The notes: a model not told the origin generated them from the sequence alone. Counted from the stretch's first letter, positions 9,394-18,809 are shown. The stretch is DNA of 64,000 nt from an uncultured Holophagaceae bacterium (GCA_963705865.1 CAVPLE010000149.1:6402-70401), one strand, 5' to 3'. Numbers and translations: made by a program.

Positions 9394-10245
9394 ATGGAAC
9401 CCGAAACCCTCAAATCCGCCGTCCGCGATCGATACGCCGGATTCGTCAAGACGAACCAGAGCTGCTGTGGGCCGTCCACCTCCTGCGGCTGCGCCCCCGG
9501 TGACGCGAGCCTGGACGTGGGGTACGACGCCACTGACCTGGCCGCCGTGCCCGAGGGCGCCAACCTGGGCCTGGGCTGCGGCAATCCCGTGGCCCTGGCC
9601 GCGCTGAAGCCCGGCGAGACCGTGCTGGACCTGGGCTCCGGCGCCGGCTTCGATGCCTTCCTCGCCGCGCAACGCGTGGGCCCCGAAGGCCGCGTCATCG
9701 GCGTGGACATGACGCCGGAGATGATCGCCCGGGCCACGTCCCTGGCCCGGAAACATGGCTACGGGAAGGTCGAGTTCCGCCAGGGCGACATCGAGGCCCT
9801 GCCCGTGGACGACGCCAGCGTGGACGTGATCCTCTCCAACTGCGTGGTGAACCTCGCCCCGGACAAAGCCAAGGTCTTCCGCGAGGCCTTCCGCGTGCTG
9901 AAGGCCGGCGGGCGCTTGCAGGTCTCCGACCTGGTGCTGGCCCGGCCCCTGCCCGAGGCGCTGCTTCAGGACATGGACGCCTACGCGGCCTGCATCTCCG
10001 GCGCCATGCTCAAGGATAACTACCTGGCCGCCATCCGCGCCGCAGGCTTCGAGGGGGTGACCGTGGCCTCCGAGCGGCGCTTTGGTTTGGCGGAGCTGTC
10101 GCCGGAGCTGATGGAACTGGCCAAGCGCCGCCATCCCGGCATGAGCCCCGAGGAGCTGGAGCGCCTGGCCAGCTCGGTGCTCAGCGTCCAGGTGGAGGCC
10201 ACCAGGCCTGGGAAGGCCTGCTGCGCGTCCGGCTGTTGCGGATGA
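9394..10245 (+). CDS. arsM: Arsenite S-adenosylmethionine methyltransferase
   Basis: LGLGCGNP, VLDLGSGAGFD, ILSNCVVNL, YAACISGA; Cys-rich termini. Confidence 0.93.
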   Translation: MEPETLKSAVRDRYAGFVKTNQSCCGPSTSCGCAPGDASLDVGYDATDLAAVPEGANLGLGCGNPVALAALKPGETVLDLGSGAGFDAFLAAQRVGPEGRVIGVDMTPEMIARATSLARKHGYGKVEFRQGDIEALPVDDASVDVILSNCVVNLAPDKAKVFREAFRVLKAGGRLQVSDLVLARPLPEALLQDMDAYAACISGAMLKDNYLAAIRAAGFEGVTVASERRFGLAELSPELMELAKRRHPGMSPEELERLASSVLSVQVEATRPGKACCASGCCG

Positions 10246-10252
10246 GGGGGAG

Positions 10253-11338
10253 ATGACCGTGGAATCGAAGGATTGTGCCTGTGCTGCGCCGGCGCCCACT
10301 TCGGCGCCGGCCCCCGGCGGCGGCTTCTGGAGATCGGGAGGGTGGCTGCTGGTCGCTCTCCCGGCCTGGGTCGCGCTCTACTGGGTCCTCAAGCCCGCCG
10401 CCGACTGGCTGGCCTTCCGGGCCCTGGGGCTCGCCCCCGGTAGCCGCCTGGGCGAGGCCGTGGCCTTCTTCACCTACGACACGCCCAAGGTCCTGATGCT
10501 CCTGGGCGCCGTGGTGCTGGGGGTGAGCTTCGTGCAGACCTTCCTCAGCCCCGAGCGCACCCGCGACCTGCTGGCCCGGCGCACAGGCGCCTGGAGCAAC
10601 CTGCTGGCGGCCCTGCTGGGCATCGCCACGCCCTTCTGCTCCTGCTCGGCGGTGCCGCTCTTCATCGGCTTCGTGCGGGTGGGCGTGCCCCTGGGCGCGA
10701 CCTTCAGCTTCCTGGTGTCGGCGCCCATGGTGAACGAGGTGGCGCTGTTCCTGCTGTGGGGCCTCTTCGGCTGGCGCATCGCCCTGCTCTACACGGCCAC
10801 GGGCGTGACGGTGGCCTTCGTGGCGGGCTGGGTCCTCGGGAAGCTCCGCATGGAGCGCCACCTGGAACCCTGGATCCTGGAAGTCCCCTTTGAAGCCTCC
10901 AAGGCTTCGGACGCCGCCCTGGGCTTCCCGGCGCGCCTGGACTTGGCGGTCCAGGCGACGAAGGACATCGTCCGCAAGGTGTGGCTCTACGTGCTGGCGG
11001 GCATCGCCGTGGGGGCCTTCCTGCACGGCTATGTGCCGGCGGAGCTGCTGGCCCGCTTCATGGGCAAGTCCGCCTGGTGGAGCGTGCCCCTGGCCGTGGT
11101 CATCGGCGTGCCCCTGTACTCCAACGCCGCCGGCATCATCCCCATCGTGGAGGTGCTGCTGGCCAAGGGCGCCGCCCTGGGCACGGCGTTGGCTTTCATG
11201 ATGGCCGTCACGGGCCTGTCGTTGCCGGAGACCGTCATCCTGCGGAAGGTTCTGAAGCCCCGGCTGCTGGCGGTCTTCCTCGGCACCGTGGCCGTGGGCA
11301 TCGTGCTGGTGGGGTTCTTGTTCAACGCGATCATGTAG
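10253..11338 (+). CDS. ArsP/DUF318-family permease
   Basis: TPFCSCSAVP, FLVSAPMVNEV, GVPLYSNAAG, GLSLPE motifs. Confidence 0.88.
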   Translation: MTVESKDCACAAPAPTSAPAPGGGFWRSGGWLLVALPAWVALYWVLKPAADWLAFRALGLAPGSRLGEAVAFFTYDTPKVLMLLGAVVLGVSFVQTFLSPERTRDLLARRTGAWSNLLAALLGIATPFCSCSAVPLFIGFVRVGVPLGATFSFLVSAPMVNEVALFLLWGLFGWRIALLYTATGVTVAFVAGWVLGKLRMERHLEPWILEVPFEASKASDAALGFPARLDLAVQATKDIVRKVWLYVLAGIAVGAFLHGYVPAELLARFMGKSAWWSVPLAVVIGVPLYSNAAGIIPIVEVLLAKGAALGTALAFMMAVTGLSLPETVILRKVLKPRLLAVFLGTVAVGIVLVGFLFNAIM

Positions 11339-11346
11339 GAGGTGTC

Positions 11347-11577
11347 ATGAAGATCGAAGTGCTGGGGAGCGGCTGCGCCAAGTGCAAGCTGCTGGCGGAG
11401 CGGGCTGAGGAAGCCGCGAAGGAATTGGGCCTGGACTTCACACTGGTGAAGGTGACGGAGTACCCGGACATCGTGGCCCGGGGCGTGATGTCCACGCCGG
11501 GGCTGGTGGTGGATGGTGCGGTGAAGAGCCAGGGCCATGTGCCCACGGTGGCAGCCATCAAGGATCTGCTGCGGTAG
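11347..11577 (+). CDS. Small thioredoxin-like redox-active disulfide protein (MTH895/TM0996 type)
   Basis: MKIEVLGSGCAKC...VMSTPGLVVDG. Confidence 0.9.
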   Translation: MKIEVLGSGCAKCKLLAERAEEAAKELGLDFTLVKVTEYPDIVARGVMSTPGLVVDGAVKSQGHVPTVAAIKDLLR

Positions 11578-11605
11578 GATTGCCCCCACACCGCGAGGGG
11601 ATTTC

Positions 11606-12649
11606 ATGCGCATCGGCATCCTGGGTTATGGCCGCTTCGGGCGCGCTCTGGGTGAGCTGCTCCGCGAGGCCGGCCATGGCTATCGGGCCTGGGATCCGGT
11701 GGCGGAGGTTCCAGCTGAACGCCTGGTGGGCGGGCTCTCGGAACTGGCGGAAACCTCCGAAACCTTGGTGCTGGCGGTGCCCATCGCCGCCCTGTCCGCG
11801 GCCCAGGCGAGCCTGAGGCCCCACCTCCGGCCGGACCACTTGCTCTTCGACGTGGGCAGCGTGAAGTCGGGCCCCTGCGCCCTCATGGACGCGCAATTGG
11901 GGGCTGCCATCCCCCACGCCGGGACGCATCCCCTGTTCGGCCCCGTGAGCCTGGCCCGGGCGGAACGGCCGCTGCGCGTGGTGCTCTGCCCGTCGGCCCA
12001 GCATCCCGCGGCCGCAGACCGGGTGCAGGCCCTGTTCGAAAGCCTGGGCTGTGAGGTGCTGCGCCAGAGCCCCGAGGACCACGACCGGGTGATGGCCACT
12101 ACCCACGCCCTCACGTTCTTCATCGCCAAGGGCCTGCTGGCCGTGGGCGCCGGGGCCGAGCTGCCCTTCACGCCGCCCTCCTTCCACGCCATCGCCCGCA
12201 CACTGGAGTCCGTGCGCGAGGACGCGGGCCACCTCTTCGCCGCCCTCCAGAACCAGAACCCCTTCGCCGCCGGGGCCCGGGAGGGCCTGCTGGAAGCCCT
12301 CTCCGCCATCCACCAGACCCTGGCGGAAGCCGTGGCCGAAGGCGCGGACGAGCAGCAGCTGGCCATCCCCAGCCTGGGGGAGCGGTCCCCCCTCCTCCAG
12401 GAGACCCGTGACCACATCGACGCCCTCGACCAGGACCTGGTGGCCCTCCTGGCCCGCCGCACCGAGCTGGTGCTCCGCGCCGGCCGCGCCAAGGCCGAGC
12501 TGGGCCTTCCCGTCCACGACCCGGACCGCGAAGCCTCGCAGCTCCAGGCCCGCCGCGCCTGGGCCCAGGAGGCGGGCCTGGATGTGCAGGGTGTGGAGGA
12601 CGTCTTCCGGGCCGTCCTGCGGGCCTCGCGCGCGGCTCAGGGACGGTAG
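11606..12649 (+). CDS. tyrA: Prephenate/arogenate dehydrogenase fused to a C-terminal chorismate mutase
   Basis: GILGYGRFG, DVGSVK, GTHPLFGP, EDHDRVMA; C-terminal RDHIDALDQDLVALLARR...DPDRE. Confidence 0.85.
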   Translation: MRIGILGYGRFGRALGELLREAGHGYRAWDPVAEVPAERLVGGLSELAETSETLVLAVPIAALSAAQASLRPHLRPDHLLFDVGSVKSGPCALMDAQLGAAIPHAGTHPLFGPVSLARAERPLRVVLCPSAQHPAAADRVQALFESLGCEVLRQSPEDHDRVMATTHALTFFIAKGLLAVGAGAELPFTPPSFHAIARTLESVREDAGHLFAALQNQNPFAAGAREGLLEALSAIHQTLAEAVAEGADEQQLAIPSLGERSPLLQETRDHIDALDQDLVALLARRTELVLRAGRAKAELGLPVHDPDREASQLQARRAWAQEAGLDVQGVEDVFRAVLRASRAAQGR

Positions 12650-12665
12650 TCAGCCTTCGCGTCAG

Positions 12666-12855
12666 GGATCCACCACGGAGACACGGAGCATGGGCACGCG
12701 GGAGGCGCCGGGTCCGGATCCTTCATGGAGTATCCGGACCCGGCGCCTCCCGTGGCTTCCGGCTTGGCCGGAAGCGGCCTTCGGCCTGCCCATGATGGAG
12801 GGGGACGGAGATCTCCGTGCCACCTCTGTGGTCTCCGTGTCTCCATGGTGGATCC
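12666..12855. repeat. REP/REPIN-like element, family A copy 2 (inverted relative to copy 1)
   Basis: Terminal IR GGATCCACCAYGGAGACACGGAG; a 45-nt block is identical to 3008-3052. Confidence 0.85.
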
Positions 12856-12879
12856 TTCGTATTGGCAGGCAAGCCGATG

Positions 12880-13581
12880 TCAGAAGGGCAGGTCCAGCGC
12901 CTTGCACAGGAAGGCGACGAGCGGGGAGGCCTGCCGGCAGGCGGCGGCCACCTGGTCGACGAAATCGGGCGCCAGCACCTGGGCGTTCGTGAAGCCGACG
13001 GAGGTGTAGAAGTCCTTGAGCTTGAGGTCCTCCGCGCAGGGATGATCGGGATCGAAGCCCTGGGGGACGCGTTTGAGCGCGTCTCCTTCAATCTCCAGCC
13101 CGGACTTCCGGAGGGCCTTCCACGCCGCGGGCTTGGCGACGATGGCTTGGCGGACCTTGAATAGCGAATCGGGATCCGGGTGCCAGAGGCCGCCGCCCGC
13201 GAAGCTGCCGCCGGGTTCCAGATGGAGGTAGAAGCCGGGTCCGTGGACGCCGCCAGCCTGCATGGTCCGGTGGGGGAAGTGGGCCGCGACGTGGGTCTTG
13301 TAGGGGGTCTTGTCCTTGGCGAACCGCGTGTCGCGGTAGATCCGGAACATGGAGCCGCCCGAGGGCCGCGGGTCGGCGATGAAGTGGCGGCTGAGCGATG
13401 CCAGCGGGCCGCTGAAGGCGGCGATGAGCCGCAGCATGGGCTCCCGGGCCTCGGCCTCGTACCGCGCCTTGTTCTCCAGGAACCACGCGCGCTCGTTGTG
13501 CGCCTTCAGGTCCTTCAGGAACCGGAAGAGGCCCGGGCCCAGCGGGTTCTCCAGGCCAGAGGGAGTCGTCTTCGCTGCCAC
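12880..13581 (-). CDS. DUF2461 (TIGR02453) family protein
   Basis: LKAHNERAWF, MFRIYRDTRFAKDKTPYKTH, GPGFYLHL; GTG start after GGAGG. Confidence 0.88.
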   Translation of the reverse strand: MAAKTTPSGLENPLGPGLFRFLKDLKAHNERAWFLENKARYEAEAREPMLRLIAAFSGPLASLSRHFIADPRPSGGSMFRIYRDTRFAKDKTPYKTHVAAHFPHRTMQAGGVHGPGFYLHLEPGGSFAGGGLWHPDPDSLFKVRQAIVAKPAAWKALRKSGLEIEGDALKRVPQGFDPDHPCAEDLKLKDFYTSVGFTNAQVLAPDFVDQVAAACRQASPLVAFLCKALDLPF

Positions 13582-13673
13582 ATCGCCTCCTGGAAAGGCC
13601 ATCAGCTTACGCCCCAAACAAGGCGGGCCCCCAAGCGGGGGCCCGTACGCAGGCGATGAATCGCCTGCGCGCC

Positions 13674-13767
13674 TTACTTGCCGAAGCGCTTGGAGACTTC
13701 GCTCCACTTGATGTTCTCGACGAAAGCCTCAAGGTACTTCGCGCGGGCGGTGCCGTAATCCACCATG
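13674..13767 (-). repeat. Exact 94-bp duplicate of the 3' end of the SOD gene (13936-14029)
   Basis: Base-by-base identity, including the stop codon. It is followed by a diverged copy of the terminator hairpin (13621-13644). Confidence 0.95.
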
Positions 13768-13860
13768 GAGGCTCCGTCTCCAAGAGTGCAGGCCCGAAGG
13801 GGCAAGCGATTGGGAGCACAGCGCGGGGCGCTGTGCGATAGACGGAGGCGTGCGGCTGGA

Positions 13861-13891
13861 AGAAAAAAGGCGGGCCCCCGAACGGGGGCCC
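13861..13891 (-). terminator. Intrinsic terminator of the SOD gene
   Basis: Minus strand GGGCCCCCG-TT-CGGGGGCCC followed by GCCTTTTTTCT. Confidence 0.85.
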
Positions 13892-13935
13892 CACCATGAG
13901 CACGCGTTGAGAGGCGCCCAGACGCCCGCGCCCTC

Positions 13936-14514
13936 TTACTTGCCGAAGCGCTTGGAGACTTCGCTCCACTTGATGTTCTCGACGAAAGCCTCAAGGTACT
14001 TCGCGCGGGCGGTGCCGTAATCCACCATGAACGCGTGCTCCCAGCTGTCCAGCACCACGAGCAGGTCCTGCTCGATGGGCAGGCCCAGGTGGTGCTCGGC
14101 CACGAAGTAGGTGTGCAGCTTGCCGTCGCGGCGGTTGCGGGTGAGCAGGGCCCAGCCGGGACCGCCCAGGGCGCAGGCCTTGAGGTCGGCGAGCACCTTC
14201 TCCTGGCCGCCGGCGGCATCCAGGGCGGCCTTCAGGTCGGCGCTGATCTGGTTGTCGGCGCCCAGGTTCTCGAAGTAGAGCTCGTGGAGGAAGGAGCCGT
14301 TGAAGGCCACGGCCTCGCGGCGCTTCAGCTCGCTGTATTCGTTGTAGGAGTAGTTGGGCTTGGTGTTGTCGGCCGTCGCCAGCTTTTCCTCGATCTCGTT
14401 CAACTTGGTGATGTAGCCCTTGTAGAGGCCGAAGTGCTGATCCAGCTGAGAGTCACTGAGCCCTTTCAGGGCGCCGCCCTTCAAGTGGTCGTAGTTCTTC
14501 ACGGGGTAGGCCAT
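13936..14514 (-). CDS. Fe/Mn superoxide dismutase family protein
   Basis: QHFGLYKGY, NGSFLHELYFENL, LDSWEHAF metal-ligand motifs. Confidence 0.88.
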   Translation of the reverse strand: MAYPVKNYDHLKGGALKGLSDSQLDQHFGLYKGYITKLNEIEEKLATADNTKPNYSYNEYSELKRREAVAFNGSFLHELYFENLGADNQISADLKAALDAAGGQEKVLADLKACALGGPGWALLTRNRRDGKLHTYFVAEHHLGLPIEQDLLVVLDSWEHAFMVDYGTARAKYLEAFVENIKWSEVSKRFGK

Positions 14515-14581
14515 GGGTGTCTCCTTGGCTGCGCGAGGCGCGGATGAGTAGTTTACCGAAAAAGTCGGAAATCTTAAAAAA

Positions 14582-14741
14582 CAGGCTGGAGTCCGGAGGC
14601 TGGAGTCTGGAGGTACTGATTCCTGGGGCGGCCTGCGGCCGCGACAACGTCTTCCTTTGGGCCGCTCGGGTTCAGTCGATTTGATGGGTTCACCGGGGCC
14701 AACCTCCAACCTCCAGCCTCCGGCCTCCAGTCTCCGGCCTG
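14582..14741. repeat. REP-like palindrome with GGCTGGAG tandem subrepeats
   Basis: CAGGCTGGAGTCCGGAGGCTGGAG ... CTCCAGCCTCCGGCCTCCAGTCTCCGGCCTG. Confidence 0.7.
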
Positions 14742-14744
14742 CCT

Positions 14745-15188
14745 TCACCCCAGCATCTCCCGCAGGGACCACGCTTCTTTCTGGTGGACCTGCACGAAGC
14801 GGGTGAGGAGGTCGGCGGTGCCGGGGTCGCCGGCGCCATTGACCAGCTCGATGCCCTCGTGCATGTAGGTGATGACCGTCTCCTCGTTGGCCAGGGCCTC
14901 TTTCAACATGGCCTCGGGATCCAGGCGGGCGGAGGGACTGGAGATCTCCGCCTTGGACTGGGCTTCGATTTGCGCCGGCGCGTGGAGGGGCGTGCCGCCC
15001 ACCAGGCGGATGCGTTCCGCCATCTCGTCCACGGTGTCGTCGGCGGCGGTGTAGAGGTCCTCGAAGCGCAAGTGATAGTCGCGGAAGTGGGGGCCGGTGA
15101 CGGTCCAGTGGTGGCGCTTGGCGTTGAGCGCCAGCACGAAGGCGGTGGCCAACTCGGCATTCAGATGGTCGATGACGGAACGGTTCAC
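14745..15188 (-). CDS. dps: Dps/ferritin-like DNA starvation protein
   Basis: HWTVTGPHFRDYHLRFEDLY, DEMAERI, HQKEAW. Confidence 0.9.
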   Translation of the reverse strand: MNRSVIDHLNAELATAFVLALNAKRHHWTVTGPHFRDYHLRFEDLYTAADDTVDEMAERIRLVGGTPLHAPAQIEAQSKAEISSPSARLDPEAMLKEALANEETVITYMHEGIELVNGAGDPGTADLLTRFVQVHQKEAWSLREMLG

Positions 15189-15198
15189 GAGCTTCTCC

Positions 15199-15744
15199 TC
15201 AGGAAAGCCAGGCAACCCAGGCGGCGGGCGCGGGCCAGCGGCCTGGGGCCTCGGCATGGTTGGAGACGAGGGCGGCGATGCCGCGGCCGTCCGGAATCAG
15301 GTAGCGCAGGGCCAGCACGGAGGGCAGGCGATCCTGCAGCCCGGCCGTGCCGCGGTCCACGACCGGGGTCACCATGGCACCGTCCGACAGCTCCAGCTGT
15401 AGCTGGTCCGGGAAGGTGTGCAGGACCGCCAGGCGGCGGTCCCGCACCTCATCCGGAAAGCCCAGCATCAGCGTGGCGGCGATGCTGCGGGCGGCGCCTT
15501 CGCGGCGGGGCGCCAGCACGGCGAAGGAGGCGCGGGCTTCGGCCAGCTCCCCGGCATCCACCGTGTCGGGTGTCTTGCCCTCGGCCCAGAGCGTTTCGAT
15601 GATCTGGTCCTCGACGCTCTCGGCTGTTTCCGGCTGGAAGGTGATGCCCTCCGCCAGCTCCAGCCGCAGGCCGGCCTGGCCGGCCAGGAAGGCTTGCCGT
15701 GCCTGGAAACGGGCGCGCTCAATCGCGGGGTCGAAGACCATCAC
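15199..15744 (-). CDS. DUF3501-like protein (rubrerythrin-associated)
   Basis: [16 protein letters not shown]...IAATLML pattern; lies directly downstream of rubrerythrin. Confidence 0.6.
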   Translation of the reverse strand: MMVFDPAIERARFQARQAFLAGQAGLRLELAEGITFQPETAESVEDQIIETLWAEGKTPDTVDAGELAEARASFAVLAPRREGAARSIAATLMLGFPDEVRDRRLAVLHTFPDQLQLELSDGAMVTPVVDRGTAGLQDRLPSVLALRYLIPDGRGIAALVSNHAEAPGRWPAPAAWVAWLS

Positions 15745-15748
15745 AGCC

Positions 15749-16223
15749 TCAGACGTGCTTCGCGATGTCGGCGGTGGGCTGGGCGAAGGCGGGCTTGGCG
15801 CCGGCCTGCAGCTTGGTGAGGGCCTCCTGGAAGCGGCCGGCGTGGAAGCGCTCGACCTTGGCCAGGGTCTCGAACCAGGCGGCGATCTCGCTGTAGCCCT
15901 CTTCCTTGGCCAGGCGGGCGAACTCGGGATACATGTCGGTGTATTCGTAGGTCTCGCCGGCCACCGCGGATTTCAGGTTGGTGAGCGAATCACCCAGGGG
16001 CAGGCCCGTGGCGGGATCAGCCGGCCTTCTCGGCCAGGAACATCAGGTGCCTCAGGGCGTGGCCCGTTTCGCCGTCGGCGCTGTGCTTGAAGAGGTCGGC
16101 CACTTCCTTCAGGCCTTCCTTCTCCGCCACCTGGGCCATCCAGGTGTAGCGGCGGTTCGCCTGGCTCTCGCCGGCGAAGGCGGCTTTGAGGTTCTGGTGG
16201 GTCTTGGAATCGATGAAGGACAT
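15749..16223 (-). CDS. rbr: Rubrerythrin/erythrin with a +1 frameshift near 16019
   Basis: [21 protein letters not shown], then DPATGLPLG...[12 protein letters not shown]...ERFH in the shifted frame. Confidence 0.88.
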
Positions 16224-16390
16224 GAGATCTCCTCTTGGGCCGTACTCGGCGGCATCAAGGTAGAGCCATCTCCATGCCAAAGCAATAAGTCAAATCATTG
16301 AACAAATTCTGTAAATTCCAAGACTCCAGATCCCAGGAGAATCCCGACCGGCCGAGAGCCGAATTCACGACATATCGAGAGGTTGCCGGT

Positions 16391-16870
16391 TCAGCGAGCC
16401 TTGGCAAGACTGGCGCGAATCTGGGCGGCATCCAGGCTGAGGGCCCGGCCGAATCCCAGCACCAGGCGCCCGGCGGTGGGTCGGATGAGGAAAAAGGAGA
16501 AGTCCCCCAATCCGAGGATCAGCTTCACTTGCGGGAATCGCGCCAGGTAGGCTTCCGACGCCGCCTCGTGGCGGTCCGAACCCTTGGGGATCTCCTCGGC
16601 CTCGCCTTGCAGGGTCACCCGGGGCAGGGCGAGCGGATCCTGTCCCTCATCCATTGGCGCCATGAGCATCAGGCTGACCGGGCTATCCGCCAGCAGGTCG
16701 CGGGTGTGCTGGGCCAGACGGCTCAGGTGGATGAGGTGACCCGAGCCGTCCGGCGCCGGCACCACCGGCACCATGGAGACGAAGGGCGCGCCCTCATGCA
16801 GCGTGCCCAGAGAGGCCACCAAGGGTCCGGTCAGCAGGGCGTGGAGCGCGGCTTCCGTGTTCGGTTCCAT
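16391..16870 (-). CDS. HugZ/pyridoxamine 5'-phosphate oxidase-like split-barrel protein
   Basis: PFVSMV, HLSRLAQHTRDL, PRVTLQG, LGDFSFF, LVLGFGRA. Confidence 0.85.
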   Translation of the reverse strand: MEPNTEAALHALLTGPLVASLGTLHEGAPFVSMVPVVPAPDGSGHLIHLSRLAQHTRDLLADSPVSLMLMAPMDEGQDPLALPRVTLQGEAEEIPKGSDRHEAASEAYLARFPQVKLILGLGDFSFFLIRPTAGRLVLGFGRALSLDAAQIRASLAKAR

Positions 16871-16957
16871 GGCGGACTCCTTCCTGGGCGGAGCAATCCA
16901 TCATCTCTCCGTGAGCAAGACGCCTAATCTTGCGACCGCCTCGCACGAATACGGGGG

Positions 16958-17325
16958 ATGCGGTTCTCCCTTACCCCCCGTAACCTGGCGGCCTTCCTGG
17001 CGGTCCAGTTCGTGCTGGGGCAGGCCCACGAACTGGCCCACCATGTGGCGGGCCGGTTGGTCTGCGGCGCCTGGGGCGCCATGACCTTCGATTTCTTCTT
17101 CCTGCCGGAGGGCGCGGTGGGGGATCCCGCGGCACTCTGGTCCACCTTCGCCGGGCCCGCCTTCACCTACGCCCTCATCCTCCTGGGCGGTCTCCTCTTG
17201 TGGCGTTGGCCTCCCTGCTGCTGGTCCCGGCCCTCTGGGCCGCCTTCCTGATCTTCGTGGACCTGGCCTTCGCCGTGGCCGCGCTCCTCCTCCTGCGGAT
17301 CCCGGAGCGCTCCGCGGCGACCTGA
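16958..17325 (+). pseudogene. HExxH-containing membrane protein remnant (M50-like), frameshifted/deleted near 17205
   Basis: AHELAHH and AGPAFT motifs; the hydrophobic C-terminus continues in another frame to TGA 17323-17325. Confidence 0.55.
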
Positions 17326-18114
17326 TCAATCCTTGAATGCAGCCACCACGATGCGCCCCACCTCGGCCAGCACCGCGTTGCGGTCCTCCATCGGAGTGGT
17401 GGAGCCGGTGTAGTAGACCGCCACCAGGATCGGCGCCCGGTGGAGCGGGCGCAGGATGGCCACGTCGTTCACGGTGCCGCGTTCTCCCGAACCGGTCTTG
17501 TCCCCGGCGGCCCAATCCGCCGGAAGGCCCGCCCGGAGCCGATTCCGGCCCGTGGTGCAGGTCGCCATCCAGCCCTCGAGACGCTGGCGGGAGGCGGTGG
17601 TCAGGGTCGGCCCCAGCAGCAGGGCCCGCAAGGTATCCACCATGGCGGTGGGCGTGGTGGTGTCCCGGGGATCGCCGGGCAGGGCTGTGTTCAGCGTGGG
17701 TTCTGTGCGGTCCAGGCGCGTCACGGGATCGCCGAGCGTGCGGGCGAAGGCGATGATGGCCTTGGGGCCGCCGAGGGTTCGGAGCAGCAGGTTGGCGGCG
17801 GTGTTGTCACTGACTTCCACGGCGGCGGCGCAGAGGTCCCTGACCTTCAGGCCTCCCTCCGCCACGTGCGCGGTGGTCACTGGCGCGTACTCCAGCAGGT
17901 CCGCCTGGCTGTAAGAGAGGCGCCGATCCAGCGCCTCCTGGCCCGCATCCACCCGGGCGAGCACCGCACCCGCCAGCAACACCTTGAAGGTAATGCACAG
18001 GGGGAAGCGCTCACCGCCCCGGTGGTCCAGGCGGCGGCCCGAGCCCGTATCGAGGACGGCCACCCCCAGGCGCCCCCCGGCGCGGGCTTCCAGGGCCGCC
18101 AGACGGGCGGCGGC
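17326..18114 (-). pseudogene. Class A beta-lactamase remnant: no start or signal peptide, catalytic Ser70 replaced by Ile
   Basis: EARAGGRLGVAVLD, FPLCITFK (ATT codon), SDN, DRTEPTLN (E166), DKTG. The coding sequence begins immediately after the stop of the upstream gene. Confidence 0.88.
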
Positions 18115-18288
18115 CTACTCGGCCTCCTGGCCCTCTTCGGGGGTTCCCTCGGGGTCGTCACTCTCCGGAATGTCGTTGCCCAAGGCATCCTTCTTCAGCG
18201 CCTTCTTCTGCAGCTTTTCTTCCTTCTTCTTCTGGCGGGCGAGATCCTTCTGCCGCTTTTCGAAGTTGTAGTTGGGCTTTCTGGCCAT
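18115..18288 (-). CDS. Small conserved hypothetical protein (57 aa, basic N-half and acidic C-half)
   Basis: MARKPNYNFEKRQKDLARQKKKEEK resembles a small-protein family I recall as widespread. Confidence 0.7.
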   Translation of the reverse strand: MARKPNYNFEKRQKDLARQKKKEEKLQKKALKKDALGNDIPESDDPEGTPEEGQEAE

Positions 18289-18335
18289 GGCACGTCCGAT
18301 CACGAAAAGGGTGAAGCCTCAGCCCTAGAGGTAGT

Positions 18336-18809
18336 CTAACGCCTCACGCGCCGCAGTGCCTGGATCAGGTCGTCCAGCCGCTGGAGGAAGGTGGAACGGT
18401 CCCTCGCCGTGAACGGGGCCGGACCAGTGCCCAGCTCGCCCATGGCCCGCAGGTGCGTCATCAGCTCGCGGCTGGCCAGGGCGTCGCCGATGGAATCGGG
18501 CGAGTACACCCGACCCTTGGCGTCCAGGGCCCGGGCGCCCTTTTCGAGGCAGCGGGCCGCCAGGGGGATGTCCGCCGTCACGGCGATGTCCGAGGCCGTG
18601 ATGTTCTCCACGATCCAGTCGTCGGCCCCGTCGAACTGGCCCTTGGCCACCACCACCGACTCGAACAGCGGGTTGCGGGGCACCCGCAGGGGCGCGTTCG
18701 AGACCAGCAGCACCCGCAGCCCGCAGCGCGTCGCCACGCGGAAGACCTCGTCCTTCACCGGGCAGGCGTCCGCGTCCACGAAGATGCGAATGCCGGGTTC
18801 CGCGTTCAT
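18336..18809 (-). CDS. YaiI/YqxD (UPF0178) family protein
   Basis: IFVDADACPVK, DGADDWI, VTADIPLA. Confidence 0.92.
   Translation of the reverse strand: MNAEPGIRIFVDADACPVKDEVFRVATRCGLRVLLVSNAPLRVPRNPLFESVVVAKGQFDGADDWIVENITASDIAVTADIPLAARCLEKGARALDAKGRVYSPDSIGDALASRELMTHLRAMGELGTGPAPFTARDRSTFLQRLDDLIQALRRVRR

Noticed and set aside
17326-18114. Functional antibiotic-resistance gene
   Set aside because: The catalytic serine, start codon and signal peptide are absent.
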